A stretch of DNA of 64,000 nt from IMG/VR virus record IMGVR_UViG_3300031951_000033; one strand, 5' to 3'. The position numbers and the translations under genes are program-made. This DNA is from an uncultured virus (IMG/VR IMGVR_UViG_3300031951_000033) (lineage: Duplodnaviria; Heunggongvirae; Uroviricota; Caudoviricetes). The notes under the pieces were generated by a model. The model saw only the letters and a program-made list of their open reading frames with translations. It searched no databases and was not told the DNA's origin. The number at the start of each line of letters is the position of its first letter. Position 1 is the stretch's first letter. Below are positions 8,849 through 19,308 of the stretch, one piece after another.

Positions 8849-9892
8849 TCAGTTAGTGCATTTCCAGCGGCGCCTAGCAAGACAGGCGCGTTTCTCAGGA
8901 GTTTTCTTGCAGTTTATGCCGTGCATCTTGATCTGGCCTTTGTTGCGGGCGCAGAAGCTGCGCTTGCGAGGTCCGCCGCCTGGTTGAGGTGCCTTAAGAT
9001 TTCCGCCGGTAGCCTTATTGTAAGAGGCACGCCCTGCAGCGGTAAGTCCGCCCTTCTTAGACTTGTGGCCTTTCTTAGGGTGCCACTCTTTCTTCTCAAG
9101 CTCTTCGAAGTGCTCAGCAAAAGACTTAACGAGCGTTTGCTCGTCTTCCGCGCTTATGTCTTGTCCAAAAGTGAGATCAATGTGCCCGTCATCCCAGGTT
9201 GTCACCTCAAATTCGTCTGCAGCAATATCGGCATCAGACTTGCCGAAAACTTGCAGATAAGTCTTACGGTTATTGGAACCTTTAGGGGCAACTTCCATCT
9301 TGCCTACGTCTTCACCGATCTTTCGGTTTTCTTCAGAGCGATGTTTACGCTTGTCCTTGAGGGTTCTGAGGTGAGCAAGCATATCGTCTCTTTCTTCTGG
9401 AGACAGAGACTCGATCTCGTCCTTCAGTGAGGCGCCTTCTTCCATGACGTCGTGTGCCGAATCTTCTGGAGACTCTGGATGATGCGGAGCGTCGTCCTTC
9501 TTTATTGGGCGGCAAGATCCCTTATCGTAGGCCTTTTTTCCAGGGGTTGGCTCGTAGCCTTCCCAGCAACGCTTCTCCATGTTCCACTTCTTGAGTGACC
9601 ACTGTCCGTTGCCGTGCATCTCCATCTTCTCTTGCTTTGCCATACTGTCGTCCTTGTCTCTCTGTTTCTTGCGCCAAGCATCTATCACAGACTTAGCTTC
9701 GCGCATATCCTCGGTCTGATTCTGGTGAAACTTAGCTCTGTTGGACAGCGTATTGGCTAGTATTCTAGCCTCAGAGCGCGGCATGTTGTTGAGCTTGGAA
9801 ACAGTCTCTTTTGCGGATTCTGCGTCCTTGTACCCAACCTTGGCTGGCTTATGTTTAAGCGGTCCACGCTTGTTTTTGAGTAAGTTACCCAT
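8849..9892 (-). CDS. multi-module putative internal head protein (C-terminal DUF6321-like module)
   Basis: CWEGY...KGSC module and KKGGLTAAGR...LKAPQP..GPRKRSFCAR module; TGGTAAAAT promoter. Confidence 0.65.
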   Translation of the reverse strand: MGNLLKNKRGPLKHKPAKVGYKDAESAKETVSKLNNMPRSEARILANTLSNRAKFHQNQTEDMREAKSVIDAWRKKQRDKDDSMAKQEKMEMHGNGQWSLKKWNMEKRCWEGYEPTPGKKAYDKGSCRPIKKDDAPHHPESPEDSAHDVMEEGASLKDEIESLSPEERDDMLAHLRTLKDKRKHRSEENRKIGEDVGKMEVAPKGSNNRKTYLQVFGKSDADIAADEFEVTTWDDGHIDLTFGQDISAEDEQTLVKSFAEHFEELEKKEWHPKKGHKSKKGGLTAAGRASYNKATGGNLKAPQPGGGPRKRSFCARNKGQIKMHGINCKKTPEKRACLARRRWKCTN

Positions 9893-9923
9893 GCATAGTA
9901 TTTTACCATGCTAGGCGGTGAGA

Positions 9924-10451
9924 TCAGACCTTTTGCTGGTACTTGGCCCTTAGATTGGCAGGCAGGGCATCGTAGTCGACTTTAGGCTGCGCGAGCGGAG
10001 ACTTAGCAGCTAGATAGTCGTTAAGACCTCTAGGCACCCTAGTCTTGGGTTTAGGGAACTTTTTGAGCGCTTCTGCACCGTCTAAGTTGAGAGACTGCTC
10101 AAGGACGCTCTGTAGTGTGCTGTCTACGTCTATAACGTGGTACTCGCCTGGAAACTTGACGTCCATGTATACCGGATACTTGCCGTCAGAGGTGAGCTCG
10201 TACGGCCAAGAATTGCCCACAGAAAGCCTGTACGGTATCTTGGTATCTTTGTATTGCCACAACAGCGTTTTGCTGATCCTTGTTCCCTTGCTTTTGGGCT
10301 TGGTTTGGCCGATCGCCACGTTGATTATCTGGACCGCAATCTCGTAGAAGTAGGAGAAAACTTCTTCGGTGGAGTCGCCGGTAGTTTCTTGAATAAGGTG
10401 GACCAACGCCGTGTGCACCATCAATCTTCTGAACTTAAAGTTTTGACTCAT
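9924..10451 (-). CDS. hypothetical early protein with C-terminal VDYDALPANLRAKY motif
   Basis: AAGGAG SD; CCGAT motif at 10476-10488. Confidence 0.7.
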   Translation of the reverse strand: MSQNFKFRRLMVHTALVHLIQETTGDSTEEVFSYFYEIAVQIINVAIGQTKPKSKGTRISKTLLWQYKDTKIPYRLSVGNSWPYELTSDGKYPVYMDVKFPGEYHVIDVDSTLQSVLEQSLNLDGAEALKKFPKPKTRVPRGLNDYLAAKSPLAQPKVDYDALPANLRAKYQQKV

Positions 10452-10572
10452 CTTGTCTCCTTTGTATATGTGAAATATACAATCGGATACAAGCACTTAT
10501 ATTCTCCTCCATGGTGACAGTAGCAACACCTCTTGCCTTTAGTCTTATGGCATCTACAGTGTTCGCAGTGGC

Positions 10573-11985
10573 TCATCTTTTCCCTCCAGAGTTTGGAACC
10601 TTTACGGTGTAGCCTAACCTTGCCAGTGGATGCTCTTCGTTACCCTCTTTACTGATAATGAACAGGCACTGCGGAAACTGTTCGCCCGGTTTCATCCATG
10701 ATTCGACCTCCACGTTTTCATAGCAACCGTCGGTCAAGAACACGGCAAGATCAGGTTTGCGCTTGTAGATGTCTTGCAGAGATTGCTTGAGATCTGTGCC
10801 ACCGTTTTGGATGTCTTCGCGCTTGATGCGTTGGCCGAGCTTGTACTCTTCTGAGTAGTAGTTCACCGTATGAAACATGTTTAGTCTGCATTTGCGCGCG
10901 CCAACCTTGAGAAACTGGTCAACAATCTCGAGAAACTCGTTGGCTTCTTCGATAGAGATAGAGCCGGATGTGTCGATGTAATTGTGCAGCTTGGGAAGCT
11001 CGCCGACCTTGGTGCCTGGTGCTTTGTAGCCGAACCGCTTGGATTTGCGTGTCCACGTGTTCTTGCGATCGTGACCGCTTGCGTGCTTCTTCATGGCGGA
11101 CAAGATTAGAGCTCGGTAGTTGAGCTCGGCTCGTCTCGCTTTGATATCGTCAAGCAATTCTTTTACGTGGCCCGGCAGATCGTCGTAGGACAGGCGCGCT
11201 TTGACCATAGCCCGCTTGACTAGATCTTCGGTGGCCTCCAGCATGTCTTTCTCTTCGGCAGAACCATCCCACAGGTGCTCGTCGAGCGTTTGAGGTAGAT
11301 CGTCTGTATCGGCGCCGCCGCCAGCGTTACCACCGGGACCCGGTTTACCGTCGTTATCCTCTGGATCTTGAAACCTGCGGATCAGCTTTTCGTAGTAGAA
11401 CTCGAACGGCTTGTTCTTTTCCCATGGCTTATTAGTCTTGGATACTGGATCAGTGTCGTAATAGTCGTTGACGTCGATGCAGCGACCAGGGCACATCTCG
11501 TTCTTGCACGGCTGTTCGGTGTGCTTTGGCGGACACTGAGGACAGCCGTTAGGCAAGCCTTTGATGAACTGGTTGATGGCCATGTCGGCCGCGATATTCA
11601 TCAGCATGCGCTTGTGCGCAGAGATCTTCATAAACGGCACACGTAGCGGATGCTTGTGAGTGATGTGACTCAGCTCGTGCATGAGTACTGCTTTGCGCTG
11701 CTCATCATCCAGCTTCTTGCAGAAGAAGTACGGATTGATGTACATGTCCCAACGCTTGGCGTCGTTGTTGAACATGATGCCGGCTGTTTGTAGAGTGTGC
11801 GCGTAGCTGATATTCAGGCACTGAAGGACGCTGCCGATGAACGGGCTGGTGCGAGTGCAAGAGTAGATCGCCGTGGCCAGACAGCGGGACTTTTCGTCCA
11901 CGCTCACAAACTCTTTGTCCATGAGATCTTTTGTAACGGTTGCTCTGATTCTTGATTTTTTCTTGTCGTTGCTGTCGTCTGACAT
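10573..11985 (-). CDS. DUF2201-type metallopeptidase-like + VWA-domain protein
   Basis: HELSH (HExxH), NIAADMAIN, MIDAS DTSGS, GGTD, LTDG. Confidence 0.85.
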   Translation of the reverse strand: MSDDSNDKKKSRIRATVTKDLMDKEFVSVDEKSRCLATAIYSCTRTSPFIGSVLQCLNISYAHTLQTAGIMFNNDAKRWDMYINPYFFCKKLDDEQRKAVLMHELSHITHKHPLRVPFMKISAHKRMLMNIAADMAINQFIKGLPNGCPQCPPKHTEQPCKNEMCPGRCIDVNDYYDTDPVSKTNKPWEKNKPFEFYYEKLIRRFQDPEDNDGKPGPGGNAGGGADTDDLPQTLDEHLWDGSAEEKDMLEATEDLVKRAMVKARLSYDDLPGHVKELLDDIKARRAELNYRALILSAMKKHASGHDRKNTWTRKSKRFGYKAPGTKVGELPKLHNYIDTSGSISIEEANEFLEIVDQFLKVGARKCRLNMFHTVNYYSEEYKLGQRIKREDIQNGGTDLKQSLQDIYKRKPDLAVFLTDGCYENVEVESWMKPGEQFPQCLFIISKEGNEEHPLARLGYTVKVPNSGGKR

Positions 11986-12028
11986 CGAATCCTCCTATGT
12001 TGATGTTGTTTTATATGATCGGTTGCGG

Positions 12029-12406
12029 TCAAAATACTTCCGCCGTGACCTTAAATAAACCGTCACCTCCAGTGTTGACGGTAGTGCAGTCTTCCGGCAT
12101 ATTATTGAGGTAGTCAGTGTCTTCGAGGAACTCGTTCCACTTCTTGATAAGATAGCAAGCATCACCGACGTAGTAGGTGCCGGCCTTAGATGCTTCGACA
12201 GTAAATGATTGGCTGTCACCGTCGATGTACGTATCTGACACCACAATAGTGATGTTTTCGTCCTTCTTAAGTCTCACCCTGAAAAACATGTGGGAGTAGT
12301 CGCGTTTTTTGCTTTTGTATCTAAGCCCATACTTTTTGATGGTGTCTGGGCCGATAATGCTTATATTTCCAGCATCTACACCTAGGGTATACTGGTAATC
12401 TTTCAT
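12029..12406 (-). CDS. hypothetical protein
   Basis: GVDAG...GDACY...TGGDG pattern seen in phage proteins. Confidence 0.6.
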   Translation of the reverse strand: MKDYQYTLGVDAGNISIIGPDTIKKYGLRYKSKKRDYSHMFFRVRLKKDENITIVVSDTYIDGDSQSFTVEASKAGTYYVGDACYLIKKWNEFLEDTDYLNNMPEDCTTVNTGGDGLFKVTAEVF

Positions 12407-12885
12407 ACATATTTCCTTTCTCCGTAGAAGGTCCAACCGGTCACAGCGATGATCTCGTTGTTGAGCACATCGATGCGACCTCTGTCGTCAGCATCCTCGC
12501 CCTGCCAGTACACAGACCCGCTGAGTGTGTAGTTCCTAGGCGCGAGAACAGAGTTGACAAGATATCTCAGCCACTCTACGTAGCGGTAGAACTTCTCGCC
12601 GCCATCCCACTGCAAACCCTTCCTGTCTGATGTCGGAGCCCATTGACACCATAGGCTTGGCTGTGTTACAGGCGGACTGTTATAAGCTATGATTGTGCTG
12701 TCATCTAGATCTTGGCCAAGAAAACCTTTGCCGTAGATGTAGAACTCGCCCTCGATGCCGTACTTCTCGTCGACCTTGCGCTTCATGCGCCTTGTTGTCG
12801 CAAGTCCGTCTAACAGCTCGTATGTCTCGTCGTCCAGCTCTCTGTCTAGATCAAAGCGGCCTTGAAAGTCAGTACTGTAACCCAT
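12403..12885 (-). CDS. conserved phage hypothetical protein
   Basis: MGYSTDF.G, QPSLWCQW, WDGGEKFY, WQGED. Confidence 0.7.
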   Translation of the reverse strand: MGYSTDFQGRFDLDRELDDETYELLDGLATTRRMKRKVDEKYGIEGEFYIYGKGFLGQDLDDSTIIAYNSPPVTQPSLWCQWAPTSDRKGLQWDGGEKFYRYVEWLRYLVNSVLAPRNYTLSGSVYWQGEDADDRGRIDVLNNEIIAVTGWTFYGERKYV

Positions 12886-13009
12886 AATGTTCCTTTGCTC
12901 CTCCAAAAAAAGTTGGGACATGCAGAGGAGGGTCCGCATGTCCCGCAAGCCGCTCAGACTACGAGATAGGGGGAAAACTCGTAGCTTGAGCGACCTGAAA
13001 GTTGGTTGA

Positions 13010-14134
13010 TTACTTCGTGGAAGTTGCCCGCGTCACCTTGATGTTGTCTTTCAACACCTTGATGAGATCTGGATGACGCTTGGTAAACTCGGCGAAGAAC
13101 GTTGTGATCTGACCTTTGGATTGCTTGTAACCGCATGCTTTGATGAGGTTGACCGCATGATCGCTAGGGATGATCTTGGCAACTTCTGCCATCGTGTCTT
13201 CGTCGATCTGATCCGGCTTGCAATCTTTCTTGAGACCGCCGTAGTTCTTCTCGATGGACTCAACTGTCGCTGCGATCATATCGCCTTGATAAGAGTTAGG
13301 ATCGCTCTGCGTGATTAGGCGGCTGATCGCTGCCTCTTTGTTCTTGACGATGTCGCTGGCAGTAACCGGTGCCGAGTCGAAGCAGAACTTGTGATACTCG
13401 TTGCCGATGTCTTTGCCGAGGATTGACTGAACAATGATGCGATGCAAGCTGCGATTGCTGCTGGCACCTGCTTTCTCAGCGGAGTTAACCTTCGACCACG
13501 TGCGGGGCGAGATATACTTGCCGCCTTTGGCGATTTCCTTCGTAGTCTTGTATACCCAGATACCTGATTTCACGAACATCTGCACGTTCTGGTGCCAGTC
13601 AGCGCGCTCGACGTAGTCCATGAACGTGATCGGGTCGTACTCGACCTCGAATTCTTCGAAACGATCTTTGAGAGCTGCATCCATCGTGTTGACGTCGTAC
13701 TCCGAAGACTCGGGATTGACGCATGCTGCGATGACCCAGCCTTTTGGCAGCTCATACTCATGAACTTTGAAGTCGGTGAGAAGCTGCATGAGGCAGTTCA
13801 TTACGCCTGTCGTACCGCGATTTGGCTCTTCGAGAAGGAGAAGACCTTCGCCTTCGGTCGGCCAGAAGCCAGGCAGACAATGGATGGTACGCCATTTGCC
13901 ACCAACCTCTAATTCCTTGGGGAACCCGATGAGATCGGGTGCTTCCATGTAAGCGATGCGAAGATCGAGAAACCCGAAGTTTGGATTTTCTTCGCGCTTG
14001 CGTTTTACCCATTGCTGAACGATCTGAGATTTACCGAGACCGGCTTCGCCCGTGAACAACGGAGTGAAGTTTTGCCCCTGTTTTCTTGCCTCAACTGCTG
14101 TGTCGAGAATTGCGCTGATGTTGCTTGGTTTCAT
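13010..14134 (-). CDS. MoxR-like AAA+ ATPase
   Basis: Walker A GEAGLGKS, Walker B LLLEE.NR, D.AL.DRF; near the VWA gene. Confidence 0.85.
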   Translation of the reverse strand: MKPSNISAILDTAVEARKQGQNFTPLFTGEAGLGKSQIVQQWVKRKREENPNFGFLDLRIAYMEAPDLIGFPKELEVGGKWRTIHCLPGFWPTEGEGLLLLEEPNRGTTGVMNCLMQLLTDFKVHEYELPKGWVIAACVNPESSEYDVNTMDAALKDRFEEFEVEYDPITFMDYVERADWHQNVQMFVKSGIWVYKTTKEIAKGGKYISPRTWSKVNSAEKAGASSNRSLHRIIVQSILGKDIGNEYHKFCFDSAPVTASDIVKNKEAAISRLITQSDPNSYQGDMIAATVESIEKNYGGLKKDCKPDQIDEDTMAEVAKIIPSDHAVNLIKACGYKQSKGQITTFFAEFTKRHPDLIKVLKDNIKVTRATSTK

Positions 14135-14191
14135 TACTTATTATCCTCCTAAGTAATTGTTTCTGGTTGATGTGAATATATAAAATCGGTA

Positions 14192-14494
14192 TCAGTGTTT
14201 GAGCCGAGAGTCTGGTTCTTCCATGATCAGGTGCGAGTTGAAGTGTCGCATGAACAGATCACATAGTTGTGCCCTAGAGGCAAGCACGCCGCTGGTCGTA
14301 GAGTCGCCTAACGCAGCAGTACGCTTTGCCATCAGTTCGTAAGCCTCAACAGATGATTCAAGTAATGTCACCAGAGCTTCCAGCTCATTTAGTCCTAGCG
14401 GAACATTGACATAACCTGGTTCTGGGGCGACAACCATCAAGCTGTTGCCCTTGCTAATCTTCTTCGTCTTCTTCGCCTTCTTTGTTTTCGCCAT
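14192..14494 (-). CDS. hypothetical protein
   Basis: AAGGAGG SD, 100 aa. Confidence 0.6.
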   Translation of the reverse strand: MAKTKKAKKTKKISKGNSLMVVAPEPGYVNVPLGLNELEALVTLLESSVEAYELMAKRTAALGDSTTSGVLASRAQLCDLFMRHFNSHLIMEEPDSRLKH

Positions 14495-14768
14495 TTACCG
14501 CCTCCTTGAGGTATTTCTCCCTGATAAAGTCAGGCAAAGCTGAAAAATCTATCTTAGATTTGCTTGCCGCTTTCTTTCTCTTGCTAGGCGATTTAGGCTC
14601 ACCGTACATTAAACTGTACTCTTCAAGCGATAAAGGCGTAGGTGCTTCGACCGGTCTGGTCGAGCGCACTACATCGCTTTTGGCCTTGGTTTCTCGCGTT
14701 TCTGCTGGACATTTGGTGATACTTCCACCCCTTGCTAAGAACTCATTGATGGTTTCTACTTTGTGCAT
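14454..14768 (-). CDS. SutA-like RNA polymerase-binding protein
   Basis: INEFLARGGSITKCP matches the SutA EEFLxRGGKV motif; C-terminal IDFSALPDFIREKY plus acidic tail. Confidence 0.55.
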   Translation of the reverse strand: MHKVETINEFLARGGSITKCPAETRETKAKSDVVRSTRPVEAPTPLSLEEYSLMYGEPKSPSKRKKAASKSKIDFSALPDFIREKYLKEAVNGENKEGEEDEED

Positions 14769-14884
14769 TGTTCTTCCTCCTGATCCTTCATGAAATCGGA
14801 TCGAGGGTAAGGTGATGATGTTGATGATCTAGCCCCATGAGATTCCATCCCGGTATCTATTATACGACAAAGTATAATCGTATT

Positions 14885-15658
14885 GTGGGGACACCGACAG
14901 AATTAACAGATATATTGTTGCACGGAATAGATCTAAAGTCTAGAAGGTTGTATTTCGGTACTCCACTAGATTTGTCAAGTGATGATGAGCAGGATTTTAG
15001 ACCCGCTACTGTAGAGTTGGCCGTACGCATACTTCATCGTTTGGCAGCAGAGGCACCTAAGAAACCCATAGAGATACACATGAGCAGTTACGGAGGCGAT
15101 CCATACGCCATGCTTCGTCTACACGACGAGATACTGAGCCTTCCTTGTCAGGTTAAGTTCTTTGGCGGTGGTCCTATCATGTCGGCGGCGACCTGGATAA
15201 TGGCGGTGTGCGACGAGCGATATCTGTACCCCAATGCCACGGTGATGATCCACGATGGCAGTTTTTCCACTGAGGGTAAACACACAGATGTTCAGATCAG
15301 TGCAGCAGAGGACAAGCGATTGCAGGATATGCTGTACGAGATATACGCCAATAACTCTAGAATGCCTAAGGCGTTCTGGCAAGAAGTCTGCCAGCGAGAT
15401 CTGTACCTCACTGCCCAAGAGGCTATTACGTTGGGGCTAGCAGACAAGATAGTGGAACCTAAAAAGCGAGGCAATCTGAGGCGCATGAGACAGAGTGCGC
15501 TGAGTAAAAAGCCGCCCGCAGGCGAGCTCAAAAAGCTGGTAAACGAGCTTTATTCTAGGATTAACAAGGTGAAGATACCCAAGATCGAGCTAAATGAGCC
15601 GATTGAAGATCCCTCTGATCCAGAGATAACTATAGATCCTGAAGTACCTCCACGCTAA
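14885..15658 (+). CDS. clpP: ClpP-like protease
   Basis: SYGGD, MSAA (Ser), MIHD (His), RDLYLTAQEA (Asp), GLADKI; GTG start 6 nt after TATAAT. Confidence 0.85.
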   Translation: MGTPTELTDILLHGIDLKSRRLYFGTPLDLSSDDEQDFRPATVELAVRILHRLAAEAPKKPIEIHMSSYGGDPYAMLRLHDEILSLPCQVKFFGGGPIMSAATWIMAVCDERYLYPNATVMIHDGSFSTEGKHTDVQISAAEDKRLQDMLYEIYANNSRMPKAFWQEVCQRDLYLTAQEAITLGLADKIVEPKKRGNLRRMRQSALSKKPPAGELKKLVNELYSRINKVKIPKIELNEPIEDPSDPEITIDPEVPPR

Positions 15659-15730
15659 CTACGATGAATCAGCGTGGAGGTATTTGCTGCAACGGGGGTA
15701 GGTGTGCATTGTCACAGCAAATGCTAAAAT

Positions 15731-15806
15731 TGGTCCGCCACCGGTGAATTGAACACCGCACCCCTGGTTTATAAATCCAGCGCTCTAACCGATGAGCTAG
15801 TGGCGG
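15731..15806 (-). tRNA. tRNA-Ile (anticodon TAT)
   Basis: cloverleaf: CCGCCAC/GTGGCGG acceptor, GCTC/GAGC D arm, loop TT-TAT-AA, CGGTG-TTCAATT-CACCG T arm, A73, encoded CCA. Confidence 0.85.
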
Positions 15807-15883
15807 ACATATTCCACTGAGCGCATATTTATGGATATCACTGGGGTGATCTCTTATTTAAATTATACTATTCGATATAAAAA

Positions 15884-16615
15884 CTAGTTGTTCGATAAAA
15901 ACAAAAAATTGTCTTCAGAGTTTTTAGCGTTTTTGTTGAGCGCATGGAATTTCCATACAGGCGCTCTTACAGGCTTGTCTCTGAAGCCGATGTCGTACGT
16001 TTTTTCTAGATACTGCATGAGCTCGAAGTCCTTTATTCCGTGGCACTCGCCTTCTACCCACACCGTATTTTTTAAAATCTGCTCTGGAATAGACGTCAGT
16101 ATGTCGTATTCCGCGCCCTCGCAGTCTATCTTTATGGCGTCGATCCTTGATATGTGTTCTGACTGTATGAACTCAGACACTGATCTGATGTCGACTATAA
16201 CTTCTTCTTTTTTAGTCGTAGTTAAGTCAAACAAAGAAAATGCCGCTGGGTTGTCAGCGCAGTAAGGCAGTTTAAGTTTCATCTCGCAGGTCTTAGAAAA
16301 AAGCCCAAAATTGAACGCCTTTATGTTGTCGATTCCCTGAATGTTCTTTTTCATTATTTGGAAGTTCTGCAGTTCCGGCTCAAAGGTGTATACGACCGCG
16401 TCTGGGTATCTCATAGCCATAACTAGTGCAGTTATGCCTATATTTCCACCCACGTCAAAAACCACTTTTGCGTCTTTGATATTAGGAAAAAGGTATTCTG
16501 GTTTAGGATTGTTTGGATTTAGGTTTTCGTTTATTATAGTGGTATCGTGAGTACCATCCCTGAAATATATCTTTCTATCTTGCACAAAAATGTGTTTTAG
16601 CTGTGATTCGATCAT
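15884..16615 (-). CDS. FkbM-family SAM methyltransferase
   Basis: VFDVGGNIG, FEP, IKIDCEGAEYDIL. Confidence 0.9.
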   Translation of the reverse strand: MIESQLKHIFVQDRKIYFRDGTHDTTIINENLNPNNPKPEYLFPNIKDAKVVFDVGGNIGITALVMAMRYPDAVVYTFEPELQNFQIMKKNIQGIDNIKAFNFGLFSKTCEMKLKLPYCADNPAAFSLFDLTTTKKEEVIVDIRSVSEFIQSEHISRIDAIKIDCEGAEYDILTSIPEQILKNTVWVEGECHGIKDFELMQYLEKTYDIGFRDKPVRAPVWKFHALNKNAKNSEDNFLFLSNN

Positions 16616-16626
16616 TGGTGGTTTTG

Positions 16627-16654
16627 CCGTCTTCAGCGTTAACCGAAGACGGCA
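16627..16654 (-). terminator. hairpin / likely terminator
   Basis: GCCGTCTTC...GAAGACGGC inverted repeat downstream of 16673..17287. Confidence 0.55.
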
Positions 16655-16672
16655 TCCCTTCTTTGTATAGAG

Positions 16673-17287
16673 TTATTTAACTGTCTTTAGCTCTGGCTTA
16701 TTGAGTAGAGCCATCTTGAGATTGTACGAAGCCTGATCTGTGGCGTTACCGAACCAAGCAGAAAACACCTTCTTGACGAAGCCGTTTCTAGAGTTAATAG
16801 GCGTTATTTTTCCAGAAGAGTTCATGTACAGCAGTAACCCAGTAGACACATTTGCGATGACATTGACTGTCTGCCCAGAGTAAATCGCGGAGTCTGTTCT
16901 GATAGCATCAGCAACCTGATCAATATCTTCATGGTAATCTAGTGCCTCCTGTCTTGTCATGTTAGAGCTTACGGTGCCGGCAATAGAAGATTCGACAGAA
17001 TCTGAATCGACTCCGCGCAAGAAAGTGATCGACATCGTGATTAAACCTACGTCGCTCAAGCTGTCAAGCGCGCCGTTTTCTGTGCGTACAAACCTGTCAG
17101 GATACTGCGTAAAGAGTTGGTTCACTGCAACTTTAGTTACGGTCGGACCGGTCTTCTTGCCTCCCATGCCGAAACCCGTGATGGGTAGAGTTGTTCCGCT
17201 GTAAACAACAGAGTTGTTAAGGGTTACACCGTAAAACGTAAAGTTAGACGGATTAAATGTTAGTAGACTTACTAGTAGTTCGTACAT
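16673..17287 (-). CDS. chalcone-isomerase-like (Chalcone_3) protein
   Basis: GVTL...G.TL..TG.G..K...KV.V.QLF, FLR.V, F.KKVFSAWFG, LK.ALL. Confidence 0.6.
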   Translation of the reverse strand: MYELLVSLLTFNPSNFTFYGVTLNNSVVYSGTTLPITGFGMGGKKTGPTVTKVAVNQLFTQYPDRFVRTENGALDSLSDVGLITMSITFLRGVDSDSVESSIAGTVSSNMTRQEALDYHEDIDQVADAIRTDSAIYSGQTVNVIANVSTGLLLYMNSSGKITPINSRNGFVKKVFSAWFGNATDQASYNLKMALLNKPELKTVK

Positions 17288-18035
17288 ACTGCTCTCCTTT
17301 TTGTTTTAGCTTGTTTTCAAGCTCGTTTGCTCTTTTTTCGACAGCTATAGTTTGGTTTAAGTCTGGCGAAAAAAATCCCAATAATCTGACCTGCAATCCT
17401 TGTCCTCCAGCGAGGGCTTCCAGTATGCGGAGGCTATTGATTGACTTAAAGCCTTCAATAATTTCTGCTTCGCTCGGGTTTTCTCTGGCCAATACACCCA
17501 TCTCCAGAAGAAAAGTAGAAATAAACTGATACCTAAGAGCCATAAGGCCCACAACTGCTGTTCCATATTGTCCTCCCTTTAGTCTAAAAACTGCACTTGT
17601 TTTATCTTCGGTCATCATGCCGGCGATAGATTCTAAAACCATAAGCCTTCGCAGCTTAAATAGATCGCTGGCATTGCGATCTGCTTCGCTGCTAACATCT
17701 ACTAGTCCTTGATTCAGGTCTATGAACCACAGATACGCTAATCCCGCTATCTGCTCTTCTGTTGCTATCTCGCCGAACGTCTTGCTGCATGGTATTATGC
17801 TTGCCGGTATGACACTACCTAACTGAATAAACATGAGGTTCTCAGGCTTCATGCACTCGGCGAGCGCCATAGCTACACCTTGACTTTTTATAGCCGAACT
17901 GGTGGCGGTTAGAGTATCGGTCAAGCTAGATACCGAACTTCGCATAGTGCTCATCTCGCCCCTGATACCGTCCATAGTGTCCACTATTCCGCATCCCGTC
18001 AAAAAAAACGTTGCTAGTATACGTAATGTGCCCAT
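17253..18035 (-). CDS. putative lipoprotein
   Basis: MGTLRILATFFLTG-C lipobox-like signal; GGAGG SD. Confidence 0.6.
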   Translation of the reverse strand: MGTLRILATFFLTGCGIVDTMDGIRGEMSTMRSSVSSLTDTLTATSSAIKSQGVAMALAECMKPENLMFIQLGSVIPASIIPCSKTFGEIATEEQIAGLAYLWFIDLNQGLVDVSSEADRNASDLFKLRRLMVLESIAGMMTEDKTSAVFRLKGGQYGTAVVGLMALRYQFISTFLLEMGVLARENPSEAEIIEGFKSINSLRILEALAGGQGLQVRLLGFFSPDLNQTIAVEKRANELENKLKQKGEQYVRTTSKSTNI

Positions 18036-19308
18036 ATTTTCCTCCCCGATCATATTTACGCACTTAGTAACATCGCGTTACTTAAAAACAAATCACATAA
18101 AGGCTTCGTCTATTGCCCAGATCGCGATAAGCAGTAGACTCACAACGGCGTAAACCATTAAAAATGCCTTAACGTATCTCATATTTGCTCCTTGATCTTT
18201 GAGGATAATGATACCTCACGGGTAAAAACGCAGCGGAAGTTATTTCTTGACACGGCTGCGCTTTACATTGTTTTGAGGGTGCTGCTTTCTATTTTGTTTA
18301 TTGCTGCGTATTTCTGATGCAAACCTCAAAAGCCACTTAGAGAATCTTTCTGCGTCTTTAGCATTTAAGTTGCCGACATACGGCATAACGACGTAGTCTT
18401 TGCCGTCTCGCCAGCAGTTTTTCTCTATGTATGCTATTACTCCGTGCTTTCTAGTCTTGAAATCTATGGCCCTCATTTGTGAATACCTGCAACATAGATC
18501 CAGTGAATCACGCGATCAACTATGTACAGAGTAACTATGGCCATACCTATAAAAACTATTAGATCGCCTATGGTCACTTTAGACACCAGAAGAAGAAATG
18601 CCGCCAATACAATTGCACTACATATCGTCATATATCCCTCAATGCTATAAATTGTTAAAAACTGAACCAACTAGGATCACCAAGTCTTCTTTACCAACCA
18701 TAAGCATGTATAGACTGTATCCGGTGTGAAATATCCATATATGCCGGTCTATAAACATAACTGCCTTCTCGCCTATATCTTTTCTCATTGTGCTTTGAGC
18801 CTCGTCGATCTCTTCTTGTTAAGCCTAACGGTCACAACTCCCCACCTTTCAACGCTTCACGGGCGATGTTACCTGCGTCCCCTTTACTTGGTTCGTCTTC
18901 GTAATTACAGATTCCGCTAATTGACTCCAACGCCTCCCTGAGTCGAGCGTTCTCGGCTAAAGATTCGCTATAACGAGTCTGAAAATCAATAAGGTGTTGT
19001 TTAAGTTTTGTGTTTTCAGTTTTAAGCCGCTCAATATCTGAAATCATAGTGTTCATGTTCTCTTGCGTAAGATCATAAACTTTTCCTATAATGTGATCCT
19101 CAATTCTAAAAGCCATCACTCCTCACCTTTCACACTCTCATCTTGTTTTTCCCATTGCCTAAGATATTTAACGCCTAAATCAGCTTCATGCTCAGGATAT
19201 CCGTTGTCAATAAGCCATTGACGTATATCGGTTACACCTTCGGGAAGTTCTTTTGGAAAACCATAAAGCCATCCAGTGGGAGGATCTACCATTATCTTTG
19301 CGCTCATG

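Noticed and set aside
8549..9430. 293-aa plus-strand ORF
   Set aside because: Antisense shadow of two motif-bearing minus-strand genes
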